56,027 nucleotides of DNA, filler included, from Sphacelaria rigidula (GCA_964200075.2; 5 parts of 5 records of this genome joined end to end with filler, not necessarily neighbours in it), one strand, 5' to 3'; positions 34,989 through 48,700 are shown, numbered from the whole stretch's first letter. Translations and numbers: made by a program. Notes: a model not told the origin generated them from the letters alone.

Positions 34989-37900
34989 TCAGTCGTGCGG
35001 GTCCGGAATATTTACTATCGCTGACCAGGGTCCGAGATCACCCCTCCCCGCAGCATTAACTCCCGCAACTCGAAACACGTACTCGCCGTGCACAGCAAGG
35101 TCTTCGATCGCCATCACTCTCATAGTCGCTCCGATCGTCCGGACTACCGTCTCTATTTCCTCTCTCCTTTGCCCATCGTGCCCTGACGGAGCGATAATCG
35201 TTGTTCGAGAGGGTGGCGAAACGGTAGGCTGAGGGGAGGATTCGCCGGTCGCCCCCTCAGGCCATTCGAAGCCCGTCGATAATTTCTCCCCGACGATGCG
35301 CTGGTCCCCAGCTGCGGCCAGCACGGGTGGTACGACGAGGGCAATGTCCACGAGGTTCTCCACGTCTACTACCGCGCCCAGCCTAGTGCATTCGACCTGA
35401 TACGATTCAATCGGGGCGCCGTTGTCGTGGGGCTCTTCCCACGCGACGGAGCAAGCTCCATGGCCTGAGAGGATGGCCCGAGGTGGAGCTGGCCCTAGTC
35501 CATAATCATCATCTTCACTTTTCGATCCGTTCCGCGCACCACTCACGTTCTTCGCCTCAATATTTGCCAATATTTTTGGTGTATTTGCCGACGCCAGTGC
35601 TTTCATATCTATGGGTGACCATGTCGGTGGACGCGGAAGCGAAGTTCTCACTCGGCGGCACGGCGGGCCGGGATCCCCCGAACCTTTACCGTTCACAGCT
35701 GACGCTCGGAATGAGTAGTGGGTCCGAGGTTTCAGCCCGTCGACGTGCACGATAAGTTCACGCATCGGAGCACCAGGGTCTGTTCTTGCAGTGCTGCAAC
35801 CTGATTCTCCGCCGAGGGTGGTATTCCCGCCGACACTTACACTACTACTACCACCAGTCGCACCACTGCCCATACTGCTGATAGTACTGCTGCCGACGCC
35901 AATAGCGCCCTCGAACTCTCCACTGGCGGCAATAAAGTGTTGCTGGTTTCCAGGCTGCAGGGGAACCGAATGTCGCTCACAGCGTGACCACTCAGGCGCC
36001 CGCGCGCCGCTATGCTCCCGCGTCTCCAGGAGCACCGCGGATACTGGATCCCCCCCATCATCGTTTGGTAAAAAGATTGATAGCCACAGCGAGAGCGGTC
36101 CTGGCGGGGGGCGAGACGAAGCTAGTCGGGGTGCAGGTGGTGGCCCTGGATTCGTCGTTAGGGTTCTTACGGGCGTGCTAGGAGCCGACCACGGACCGAG
36201 ACCTTCGCTGTTGGAAGCTCTCACTTGGAAGACGTAGGGTTGGCCTCGTAGGAGATCTTCGAACCTGTATGACCACTTCGTGCGACCAAATCGCACCTGG
36301 GTTTATTGGTGGTGGGTCCACCGGCAGTTTGTGATGTATGAGCGAGAGGGAGTGTTCTTCGACGTGAGTCGTGGCGTATGTATTCGTGCTAGTGTAATCA
36401 GCGCACAGTATTGATCTTAAATGGGGGTTGATCGTACGCCGTGCATTCATTGCTTGACAACTCTGCTTTCATCTTCGGCTGCTGCGTAACGACTACACAA
36501 GGTACAACGTACAAGGTGCAAGATACATGATACGAGCTCGCAGTTAGCGCATATCCTGGAACTGTGCGCAATGAAATAATGAGAGCGTAATCGGACGGAT
36601 TATTACATTGACGTGCACGAACCATGCGTTGATTGTCACCGTAGAGTCTGCGACAGCTCAACGAAGCGGGCAACCTGGCCACCATCTCGAGCAGTGCATG
36701 CCAATCTCGACGTATCATATCGAGGACAATTTGACTAGGAAAGCTGTTGCCCCATACTACATAAGAGGGCTTGTTTAATCGTCCACCGCTTCAATTATTG
36801 CACACACAGACTGCATCGATCGATGAAAAGGGGTCGCTGAAGCGAGAGTAGCTCTTCCTGCATTCCACCTATTAGCTATGTAAGCTAGGTTTTGGGGTAT
36901 AAGTGATGAGCCCAAAATACTAGGTGAGGCATGTACTCCATAAAATCAGGTCGACAGTTCTTGGCAGCGACTGGATTCGTGGCGAATTGCCGCAGCTAAT
37001 GTGCGATACTCCATCAACCAACCAATCAGTCAACCTTCACTTGCAAGTGTGCCTAGTGATTATTATTTCAGCATTGACCGAAATGTTAATTTTTTCACTT
37101 CTCGACATATATAATGAGCAGCTCTCCTTTTGTCTGTGGGGCGTGAGTCGCAGCGAGAACGATATTTGTCCACATCTATTTTTTACGTTACGTCATGAAC
37201 GACGATCTACTACGAGTATGGTTTCTTCTCTCCAAGAATCTATCTACAATACGATCTTTCTCGCCCCCTGTCCACGCAGACTCGGATTGTCGAACAAATC
37301 CGGGAATGCTGGAACGTCATCCTTGAGGGCACTGCTTCGTGGGACAGCCCAGCAGATTGAGACACCTTCATCAATGAGCAACTCCCCCTTTCTCCTTTCT
37401 CGCTTCTTTCACCATCCCCCCTGCTCTTTCCCTGAACGAGTCCGTGGTCTCAAAGAATCTCAACACATTTCCCCCCCCTATTAAATATCAAACTTGCCCG
37501 TTTATCACCGAGCATTGACTTAGCATTCTCGCAGTCCGTCGACTTCTTTGATCGTCGAAATAACCCTGTATTTTTGCCTACACACATTACATCTCGTTTC
37601 GACTGTTGAACTCCGCACCTCGATCGTCTCCCCACCTCCCGAACGGCGCACGACAAAAGCAGTAACTGCGGATCCGCCATCGTCCCCCTCTGCCCAGGTG
37701 ATACTGATCGCCGTGAGCAAAACTTCCGAAGCTCGAGGTGGTGGGCAGGGACCAGGAGGAACGGCCGGGGTACGCGCGGAGTAGGTGGGGAGGGAAAATC
37801 CGCCCTGGAGAAGGGATGATTAGCCGGGTGGGAAGGGGGTGTCAGTCACTTCACCACTGACTACGCGTCCCTTTCGAGACGGTGCTCCGTCCCTACCCCT

Positions 37901-38851
37901 AATGGAGACGCTTCCAATATTTGGGTGCCACAAAGGGGTGGAGGGGGAGGGGGGGTATACTTTTGATGGTTGCATGTCCTCGATAGGATAAATGCTGTGA
38001 TAGTAGTGCAGAGAGGAGTGATCAAAACGTGAATTTTTTTAAACACGTCCAACGTAGTACTGGTTATGGTATGCATTATCAGGGGCCAAAAGAACAAATG
38101 GTCTATGGATGATGACTATACATAAAAGCCTACTGAGAAAGGGGCGACACAAGTTGTCGACTTTACCCCTGTTGTTACGTACAAATTGCGGTGGGTGCAG
38201 ACTTCAGCTCCGGAAAATGCCGAGATTCCTCTGTAGTGCACGGCAGTGAGTGCATCTTGAGCACAGAAGCATGGAGAGGGTAATGGGGGTACGGTTGACT
38301 GACTGTCAATTTACTTTGTTGTGCTGATATACTATCATTCAGCTGAAATGGGGAGGACATCCACCATCACCAGGCCATGTGAGGTCTTGTGTGCACAGCG
38401 GGAGTTGCTTTTGCTTGTACGTGCGGGGTTACTTCGCAACGGGTTTTTATGCGCATGGCATGCGACACCACTTGCGTGTGTGCTGGGATAGGTTATCTAC
38501 GGTGTTGTGTGGAGCAGAGGCACTAGCAGAAGGGCATGGATAACAAGTGGACCGTCCCCACCTGAAGCAGCACCAGACGACGTACATAAATTTAATGAAT
38601 ACCATTGCAGGCGAAGACACAGCAACAAGACAAACGATATTCATGTATACAGCAGCAGCCCGTGCCTGTCCTTTGCTGTTGATCCCCGCTATGCGGAAGT
38701 GATAGTTTGTCCCGGGTTGGAGACCGGAGCATTTGACAACCATGAAATGGTGGTGCGCCTTGCGCCGAAAGGCCCGCGTGGTGCGTTTAATCTTGTCTCC
38801 AGTCGGTCCCCCGCCTGCATCTCGTGACCTCCGGTGCTTTTTCTCCAATGC
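34989..38851 (-). CDS. Fibronectin type III repeat protein, last three exons (5'-partial)
   Basis: Exons 38851-38666, 37804-37619, 36296-34989, all phase 0. FN3 signatures: GLQPGTNYHFRIAGINSKGQ|GGFS, W..GDDGGSAVTAF, DLLRGQPYVFQVRASNSEGLGPWS, GLKPRTHYSFRASAVNGKG, WEEPHDNGAPIESY, YVFRVAGVNAAGRG. Confidence 0.9.
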
Positions 38852-40050
38852 CTGTCGCGCGGCGAGTGGGTACATGTCATAGTAGTGGTTCCACATTATT
38901 AGCGCTGGGAGATGTAATGTGGTAGGAGACCGCATCGAAAGCAGTCAATCCGTGCTGAAATTGATAACCTGCATCTAAAGACAGTGGGATTATGTTTGAT
39001 TTATTTTCGTACTCTTTAACCTCTGCCCCGCCTCGCCCCTTCCGCGGAGAGATCAGGTAGTCTCAAGGGATCCCAATCCGTCCACCCGGTACCTGTCTTA
39101 AACATCATTATATAATAGGTATTGCATGGTGACCATCGGCATTTTCGCAGTCCGTCGACGAGCATCGAGATATCTTTGCCAACTTTCGTTTTCCAGTTTC
39201 GAACAACGGAAGCGAGAAGAAAAAAAGAAATCCATGCTGTCGGCATTCGAATCCGCAGAATCCGCCTGATTTGCGTTGATGCGACGGTTTGACTACCGAA
39301 GCCCGGCGACAAAGATACGTGAGTTGATTAAATTGATTGTTTGATCGATTGTTGAACATCAACTGATCCCCGAGGGATCCGGTCGTGATTGGTCACTATC
39401 CACAAGATAGACGTACCCGAGACGAACGAAACGCAACCACTCGCTGGAGGAAGACGAACAACGAGAAGATAGAACAGGCGGGGTGAAAACTACTGAACGG
39501 TTGGCCCAAACAATGGAGAATGACTGAGCCGGCGCCAGGCGAGTGTTAGTGCTTCGGACGCGTGGGAATAAAAGCAGCGACAAACAGGGGCACAAATCGA
39601 GGCTGGCACACAGCACGCGGGGTACGCCAACAATAATAAATACAGAGGAGAATAAAAGCAATATTAAGCTGAAAGGGAAAACTTAACGCCAAGACCTAGC
39701 ACTCCAGTACCGCGACCACACGAGAAAACCGACAGGCCGTCTTTAAAAGGCTTTAGGTCAGGAGGCCGTACAAAGCACAAACTTGTGTAATTAGGCTGCG
39801 ACTCAGCATTCTGAGGATCGCACTCTCTGCGCGGGAAATGTCGCCCATCAGCTCTGCAGGGCCAAGATTCAAACACCACGGTACTCTTATACGGATCAGA
39901 GAAAGAAAAATCAAGAGAAGAGATAAGATAAGAACTAATTGTGTTCGCAAATTAGGAATCCTCCCCAATTATCATCGTGTGGTGGGCTGTGAATCACACG
40001 GGACCAGATTACACACAGCAGTGGTTGCAGACAGTTCATTTTGGCAAATA

Positions 40051-40299
40051 GAGTCATGCCACGGTAGGGGTTGCACATTCATCCTCAAGTGTTTCTCATT
40101 CAATGGTTCCTAAAGCTAGGGCAGGACATTCCCGTTGTAAACTTCATTCGAGGTATACCAACGGTAGTAGCTCGTTGGAATGGCAATCGTGAGAGTGCTC
40201 TTACATATTACATACGCCGTTTTTTGGATGGGATACCGGGAACGTCACAACTCAAACCTGGGAGATATTTGGTGCGCTACCGCTACCGTGAGATGACTC
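40051..40299. mobile_element. MITE with GAG...CTC termini and 4-bp TSD (same family as 13051-13277)
   Basis: TIR GAGTCATGCCACGGTAGGGGTTGCAC / GTGCGCTACCGCTACCGTGAGATGACTC; AATA on both sides (40047-40050 and 40300-40303). Confidence 0.75.
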
Positions 40300-42961
40300 A
40301 ATAGAAATTAAGGCTCAGACGTCAGGCCGTTTCCTATGGCCCGAAAAAGACATCCATCGGACAAATGCCTTTTTTATCCTGCCGAGATGTTTTCGCCCGA
40401 AAAAAGGGCTAGACGGATTTAGCCACCTCGTAATGATTCCATCCACTATCCGACGGGATTTTGACACACTTTTGCGCTTAACGGTGCACGCCGTTCGCCC
40501 TTGGCGAGGGTTCGGGATTTTTTTCGTCAATCCCCGTAAACGCCATGTGCGCGGAAACGACTTTTGTTCTTCTCAATTTCTACTGTATGTCCGAGAAATT
40601 GCAAGTCTGGTCGAAACGCGCCCTACGGTCACCGGGACTCGCGAAGGCGCGATTAAACCGTCTCACAGACGAGTATAGCAGGCTATTCCAAGCTGTCGAA
40701 ATCCGCCTAGGCCTCGTTAGGGTGTAAAACGACGCAGAAAGACCATGACGGCAGTTTTTCCAGAAGATTTTTCTTGGAGCCAAAAGATCTGGCTTTAACT
40801 GAAAAGAAAAAATGGCAATAGTTCTTCGGTGTTGGTGATGTTCGAAAACCCTACCTTCAAGTCGTGTGCCCCTTGTAACGCCTCTTCCCATGAGAACTTC
40901 CAAGCCGGGCCTTTCCCGAAATTAAGGCCGCGACCTTTAGCCTGTGATAGCAACGGCATCCCGATAAGTAGGGTGGGCTTTATGGTAGAGTCGTCCGTGG
41001 ATGTTGGGTTCTTTCGGAGGTAGGTGAGTAGCTGCGACCACACTTGCGCAGTCCCGCCTTTTGCGGCGTTTGTATTTTTCAAGTATGTGCCTACCGTTGT
41101 GTTGCTTGAACGGTGGGGTTTCGGAACACCTGGTTGTTCCTTTGGTGTTGGATACCATGTTCCGTGTCTGCCATGTATCACGTGTGGTGTGCACCGTGTG
41201 TGTCATGTACCATATGTGATACGCACCGTGTGTGTTATGTAACGGATGATGTGTTACGCAGCGTGTGTGTGATGTACCATGTACGTGTGTCACGTAACAT
41301 GCGTCCCATGAACCAGATAAAAAGCCACTGCTCGTTGTGTTGCTGTTCTTCGACCAGCTGTTATACGTATTGCGAGTACCTGAACGATGAATTGCTTTAT
41401 CTTCATCTTGGGTAGAGTTGGCCGCGGCGCGAAGAATGTAATCCGAATGGCAGTTGGCAGGAGCTCGTCCGTAAGAGGCCGCTCTAAGGGAAGGGGGGTG
41501 TCCATTTCTGTGTCAATCTGGTACAGGACCGCAAAAATATACCAAAAATCAAGGAAACACAGCGCAAAATCGCCAGCCGAGGGAACCAGACGTTATGGTG
41601 GCGTGTTCCTGCAGTGAATTCTGCAGTTGATCAATTGATCGTCGCACGCTAACATTCACCGATCTGCTGCTGCGAATCCAAGCGTGGTCACAACATGTAC
41701 ATGCTCGAAGTAAATGAGCGGGAAAACTCGAAACTCGAGAGACTCTGGATGGAATACGGGAAACAAACGAGCAAAACATGAACAAAATTCACAACAAGAG
41801 GAGGGGAAAGGAACGGAGAAGCAGCGCAAACTAGAAAGACGAAAAGAAAAAAAGGGAAAGGAAAACAAAACAAAAACAAAACAAAACAAAACAGAAACAG
41901 AAAAAAGAAAAGAAAGAGGGAAGAAAAGCGCCAGGTCAAGAACTAGCACCGGTGCCGAGAAAATTACGTGGCAGTTCCATCTGCGTAGGCCAACAAAATG
42001 ATCTACCTGAACGTATGTCTCACCTCTATGACTTTTCTCGTCTCATTTTTAGCTTTTTGATTTCATCGGCCCATCTAGTGGTCTCAAGGGAACACATTAC
42101 CCATCCCCACATATTATGTGGCCGCAAAGTCATCATATATGTATCTAGTAAGTTCTTCTTTGTAGTACCTACTGGGTACGTCTATCATGTGGATAATGAC
42201 CACTGCTGGGTCCCTGTGGATCAGTGAACGTGCGACAACCAGTCAATCAAGTACCGCATAGTAGACGATACTTGTACTGTAGACCAATTTGTTCAGCGAT
42301 TCTGTGTTTTTTGTTCTAGCCGCATAGTGTGACCGAACGGTGTGTTCTTTTTCCGCGCTTCCCTCTTGGAAAGATGTTGCGAAGTAAACCCCGCTGTGCG
42401 TCCATGACAGTAGTCCAGCACATGCCCAGTCCGAGTCTAGTTGATTTAAACCAGCAAATATCGTCAGGAATGGTTTCGCCCCCAAAAAACTGCGATATAT
42501 TGCGTTAGACAAGTTTTTTCGAGGAAGCGCCATCGAACTATTATCAATGCTACAAGTCACGATAACAATGTCGTCATTGTGCTGCATTTTCCGCCGCAGC
42601 GATCCTCCTACCGGCGGCGTGTCGACACATCAACAATCGACCCTCTTCAATCAGTTCAATACCTCAGTTCAATACCTCAGATATAAATGATCCGATGACA
42701 ACGGCGAGCAACGGGAGTGGCGATCCGTCAATGCTCGATCGATGATGGAGTGTAAGGCAAGCGCCGGGGGAGAAGTGAGTTGATCCCAGGAAACAATGGC
42801 GGAATAGTCCCGTGGGCGGGGGGGGGGGGGGGGGGGGGAGGGGAATAAAAAAAAAAGAAAAAAAAAAGGGAAAAAATCANNNNNNNNNNGAGGAGTAGGG
42901 GAGGGGGAGGGGAGGGGGGGGGGGGAGGGGGGGGGAGGGGGAGGGGAGAGAAGGGAGAAGG

Positions 42962-42996
<35 letters not shown>

Positions 42997-43694
42997 GGGA
43001 TGCGATTGAAGAAAAACGAAAATCAGATGCGACACATCTCATGAAGAAATCGTTTATGTGGCCGGTTGACACACATTAACTGATTCGCCACCAAGCTAAC
43101 TGTGGTCATACGTTTGAGACATTTAAGGAAAATGAACAGAAATACAGAGGAACGCTTGGCAAGAGGAAACTCGAGAAGAAGAGCCATGCTACGGTCTAGC
43201 ACCGGTCTCGAGAACGACCCCAACACGCTCCTTCCACGGCTTCAGGTGAGTAGAACACAGAGAGAGCAATGCCGTGGAAGCACGTTGCGAAGCAGCTACG
43301 CACCTGGAGAGCGTATACTGTTAGACAGGGCTTCTCAGCCGCCGTCTCTACGGGAAGGTGACACAAAAGGTGACACTTGCGAACTGCGGCAAGGCTCAAC
43401 AAAAAAACGAAAATGACGTGCCGGGGTGAAAATGGTCCGCGCAAAGCGAGAAGTAAAACTTCTGCGCCTGTCGCCCGTCGTAGAATACGTCCCGTGCACG
43501 TTACGCATAGCTGCAGACGCGAGGCGGGAGCCGCTGTCCTACGAAACATCTTGGGATTTTGTTGTAGCTAAAGCGCGCTTCACAAGAGAAGAAGCGGTAC
43601 ACGCCCCGGACTTGACTTGTTCGAGAGCCAATGTCCTCTAAAGCGTGTTGAAAGCCAGTCGGATAAGGGGGTGTGAGGAGGTGTTATCGATTAA

Positions 43695-43852
43695 TTTCCA
43701 TTCCCATGCCCATGCCCATGCCCATGCCCATTCCCGTCTCTATTTCCATTTCCATTCCCTTTTCCATTTCCATTTCCATTTCCATTTCCATTTCTATTTC
43801 CATTTTTTTTTCCTTTCCGTTTCTATTTTCATTTTCATTTCCATTTCCATTT
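43695..43852. repeat. Compound (CCATGC)n/(TTTCCA)n microsatellite
   Basis: Hexamer tandem array visible directly. Confidence 0.9.
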
Positions 43853-44803
43853 GTCAGGATGAGCCTAATAACACATTATATAAACGATAAAAGCACCCAG
43901 GATGCCACCACAAGAACCAGAGTGAGATATTTTGATCAAGGAAAGCTAAGAGCCAGCATGAGTGGACTTTCCGGTTTGGGAATCTCAAACGCAGCCAACG
44001 TGGGGGCGAATCGAGGTTGTTTCGCCCGTGGCAGCATGTGGCAAAACGGGGAAAACAAAACAAAAAACTTAATCGCAACGGTGAGGTGCTGAGATTCACT
44101 TGAAGTGGGGTGAGCAGCCTGGAACGGGGCAACGATCGCTGGCCAAATCTCGCCGCATCTTTCCCACCTCCACGACCCCGAAGCCTTTGAGGAATGAAAC
44201 ATTCTTTTAAATGTAGCTCTTCTTCTGAAGCACGTCCTTAAGAGGGGGCGCAATTCTCCAAGAGCGAAACCCACCTGTTCTCTATGCAGAGGTTGATAAC
44301 GTTTTTAAAATAAAGTGAAAGATCGGAGCGTAGCGGGATCTACTGTTTGTGGAACGGGTACGAATGTGAATAACCCAGGCTAATGTGGGGGCAATTGTGG
44401 AACGGTCGATGCAAACGAATAGATCAGTCACGGAGGTTGAGGTTCAAGCTTGGAGCAACGGGGAAAGACGGGGCGGCAGTTTAGCTTGAATTATTTCTTT
44501 CCTATTTCCACCCACCAACCCGGGGTATGTTTAGGCGTATGGGCACGTTTTATGCTTATAATTTGGAAATGCTTGGTTCAAATCGTGTATTCACGACCGG
44601 GGTAAATAATACATCAATACCGTAGTCAGACCGGGAGGGATAGGCTTGGAGCATTGCGCATGACACGAGTTTCAGAGGAAATTAGAAGAGGCGTGTCGTA
44701 GGGAATGAGGTAGCAGGGATGAGCACATGCACAAATAACAGTGTTTTCGTGAAATTGAGAGTAGATGATACGATTGAGAGTGGCTTTGATCATTCGCTTT
44801 AAG

Positions 44804-44903
44804 NNNNNNNNNNNNNNNNNNNNNNNNNNNNNNNNNNNNNNNNNNNNTTAATTAATTAANNNNNNNNNNNNNNNNNNNNNNNNNNNNNNNNNNNNNNNNN
44901 NNN
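44804..44903. other. Artificial contig linker
   Basis: N44-TTAATTAATTAA-N44. Confidence 0.97.
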
Positions 44904-44924
44904 GGATTAGTATGCATGACTTGA

Positions 44925-45775
44925 ATAGTGGTTTGAGTCATGGCTTTCCTTTGTTTGTCATCATGAAATAATGGCAAGTTGAAGCATTGAAGCTTTGACG
45001 GCGGGGAGGCATGCGATGCATACGTTAATAAACGGTGTTGCAGAAGCAAGAGGCCAGGTGCGTTTTAGACGTGCTGGGTGCTTATTTCCTTCGAGCGTGA
45101 GGATGATGTATCATTTGGCTGTTGCACTCCATTGCGGAGGTGTTGAACGTACAATGAGCGCATTTGGTATGTTGAGAAGGACCTTGTCTCGGATGAGAGG
45201 GACGATGAGTCATGAAAGCTCTGGAGTTTGACGTTCGCTGACATTCCGGGTTTCGTGCCGATGAAGAGTCAAGAGACTTGTTTTGGGCGAAGATTTGAGG
45301 TTTTGGCGCTAGCTATCGCTTTGTAACTCGAAGTGGTGCAAGTAGCGTGATTGCATGTTCATGATGGACGATATTTCTAGGGATTTCTTGCGAGTTGTTC
45401 GGACGTGGGGCAAGCTTGTATGGAGCTGTGGTCGAAAGCAGCGGAAGAGATCTGTATTCTTTGCGGAAAACGACGGTACTATCAGGCACCAATGATGTCT
45501 GAGTTTGTCAAGTTCTGATGTAACTACTTGTTGGTAGTAGAGATCTTTGAGAGTGTGGTAGACTCTAGCCACCATTGTTACCTAAGGTTAGGGACATTGT
45601 GTAGATGGAGTTGCGGGTCTGCCTGCCGGACCCTGTGATGGGTAACCACCATGACGTGAGGCTTCTTTTTGCGACTCTGATAGAGAGAGGCTATGGTCCT
45701 GTTCTCCTGCACTATGCTGAAGTCTATGTGCCTGTGATGGGAGGAGTCCACATGGCGGTCTGATCTTGAGTGACA
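44925..45775 (-). mobile_element. LTR element family B fragment: 200-bp LTR (45775-45576), PBS-like site and non-coding internal region
   Basis: The minus strand reads TGTCAC...GTAACA, then A-TGGTGGCTAGAG. The LTR is homologous to 51317-51806 and the internal part to about 50180-50695 (+). Confidence 0.65.
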
Positions 45776-45786
45776 GAAGTCTATAG

Positions 45787-48700
45787 TACCGCAAGGGGTG
45801 TTGAATGCGACGGGGTATTTTCAAGGCCTCATGACAGGATTATTGACCGGACTTCAGTGCAAAGTATGGGTGGATGATATTTTGTGGTGGGTAAAGATGA
45901 GGATGATCTGTTGTGTACACTGGACGAGATTTTGGGCCGTTTGGAGGATGCTGGTCTTTTTGCGGCTGCGCACAAGTGCATGTTCTACGACACACAGATC
46001 ACTTGGTGCGGAAAGGTCTTTTCGGGTGGTCAAGTGGCTCATGACCGCGAGAGACTGAGCGGATTGGCCAATCTTGAAGCCCCTGCGCACAACAGGCGAG
46101 ATTCTGCACTTTCTGCAGGCGGTAAACTGGCTGAGAACGTCCCTGCCGCGTTTGGCGGAGGTGGTGGAGCCGCTGCGGGTATTACTCGAGGAACATGTGC
46201 AGGGAAACGTGCGCCGTACCAAGCGAGTGGGGTCAAACCGGACAATCGAGAAGTCGGCATGGACGTCCAGGCGTGCTCAGGCATGGCACGAGGCGCGAGA
46301 TTTGGTGGCACATGCTGTGGCTTTGTCATATCCCAAGCAGGGGTATGAGGTGGCCATGTTCCGAGACGCATCGGATCTACACTGGGGAAGTTTTCTTACG
46401 CAGGTGCCGGAGGATGAGCTGGGTGGTATATTGGCGGTGGAAGACATAAGCCATGAGCCGATGGGATTTTTTAGCGGAATTTTTCGTGGAGCGCAAGTTT
46501 GGTGGGCTACGGTGGACAAGGAAGGCTATGCAATCTTGAGTACTTTCCGTACGTTGGAGTATCTTCTTTGGGGCGGGGTACATATCTATACCGATCATCG
46601 TAACCTAGCATACGTTTTTAACCCCGAGGCGTGCGTTGCATCCGTGTTGTAGAGTAGCCCACCTCTAGTACACGTACGTGCAGGTTCATGATGATGTACA
46701 AATGGAACAATCTGCTCTAGGCTTTTTCTATTGGTTGACGGACTTGCGGGTCTTGATCGGCAGACTATGTGGATTTGAATATCACATGCTCCATGCATGT
46801 GCTTACTTCCGATAACGAAGGCTGTGTGTTTATGAATAACAACTGTCTTGAAGTCTCCATCCAGGCCCTAGTGAGGGAGGAAGACCTTGGAGCAATCTTG
46901 TGACCTTGTTCTGAGCCCAGGACCGCTCTATAAAAAACGTTTATTAAGAGGAAACCGCTGGTTTCTGGAAGAGGTTTGTCAGCTGTGGGCAGCTGCGGAG
47001 AAATCATATCAAAATTTGTACACAGTAATGTGCACTCTGTAACGTGAGGGAGCTCACTGACAACGGAGAGACGGGTAGGTTGGCTGGAACTGTTGCGTGC
47101 AGCTATGGCAATGCGCAAGAAAGTGGGTGACGACGATGCAGGCGAAGAGGTGAAGTTTAAGTTTACTGAGCTTATGCCTGCAGGATCGCTGAAAGACCCA
47201 GAGTACGGACGGCATTTCAGCGAAAATGCGTCCCGACGTTTTTATCAGAAATACGTCGAGCATGAAGAGGCGGTCAAAATGAACAACAAAGGACGTAGCA
47301 TGCAGGCCGTCTTACTGACTGTTATTGAACTGGTGCCGAGGCACATACGTGCGTGTTTGTCACGCGCGATTTTTGACGGATCCGTGCTTGACGAAGCTGA
47401 TCTCAAGGAGGCACTAGGCCAACACGCAAAATGTTGGGAGGATGAAGAGATTGATCCTTCAGTTGCTGCTGCTGGTGTGCGGAAAGCGTTGGCTGCTCGC
47501 AACAAGCAAACTGGGACGGCTCTGTAGTGTCTAAGACTGCTGCCCAGAGGCTCGAGCAATGGAGGGCTGCGCTCGGGTAGTACGATTACTCCATCAGGCA
47601 CATTGCTGGTGAGCGTAACTGCTGGGGAAATTTACTGTCAAGATGGGTGAACCATCCGGCGGTGTCTGTTCGTGCTGCGGCCGTGTTAGCTAGCGGGCAG
47701 CCTGATGAAACGCTGCTGTCCAAGAACGCTATTCGCGAGGCCCAAAAGCAGGCTCAAGCCGGATTCGGAGTGATGGTTGCTGGAGCCCCTACTTGTGCAG
47801 CAGCTGTTGGGCGAGTTTCGAAAGAAGGTGAGGGTTTATTTCGCGTGCATGTAGCAGGGCGGAATGTATTGTGGATCTCGCCGCAGGCAAAAGATCTGTA
47901 AACACGCTTTATGGTGTGTGCTCACATGAAGGTGGCGGGCCATCGGGGTGTTATGGCGACACTGCACCGGCTACAAGAGTATTGCTGTTGGTTTCTGATG
48001 GAAACTCATGTGACGGATTTTGTCAGGGAATGCTTGCATTATGTGGACTCGAAAGCAGGTGGGGACACTCCCGCGACCACTAGGGGAGACTGTGCATGCA
48101 CACGGCCCGGTGAGGTGATGCACTTTGATTATCTGTACGTCGGCGAAAGTGGGCCGGTGGGCGAGGGCGACCTGGATGAAGGCGACGGGTACAAGTACAT
48201 ATTTGTGATGATGGATGATCTGTGCAATTTCGCGTGGTTGGAGCCCACCGAGTCTTGTACAACTGCAGCGACGGTGCAGCATCTGTGGGCGTGTTGTAAG
48301 GCGTTGGGTCCGCCGGAGGTCTGGGTTCGTGACACCGCGTGGCAAATTAAGAACCGTGAGATGCGAACACTGGAAAAGGCGCTGACGCTGAACAGGAGAT
48401 TCACGGTTCCCAACTCGCCGTGATCAAATGGTACGTGTTAAAAGAATATGCGAGAGGTTGTCCGTACTTTGAAGGCCATGCTGCAAGAAGAGAGGTGCGA
48501 CGTTCATGATTGATTGGGACTTGTGGCTGCCGTACAGTGAGCACTGAACACGGCATTCTGCGAGCGCTACGCCAGTTCGCCATACAAAATGATGTTTGGA
48601 CGGGCGCCGCGCACGAGTTTTTCAATCCTGGCATCGTCGACCGGCGGCAAATGGCGACGTGATGTGCTGGATGAAGACATGCTGCGGGAGAGGGTGGTAT

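Noticed and set aside
40315-41300. Minus-strand protein-like fragments plus a GT-rich minisatellite
   Set aside because: Probably TE decay, but no recognisable motif supports a call.
42815-42995. Poly-G/purine tract, potential G-quadruplex or polyproline ORF
   Set aside because: Low-quality sequence around a 10-N gap.
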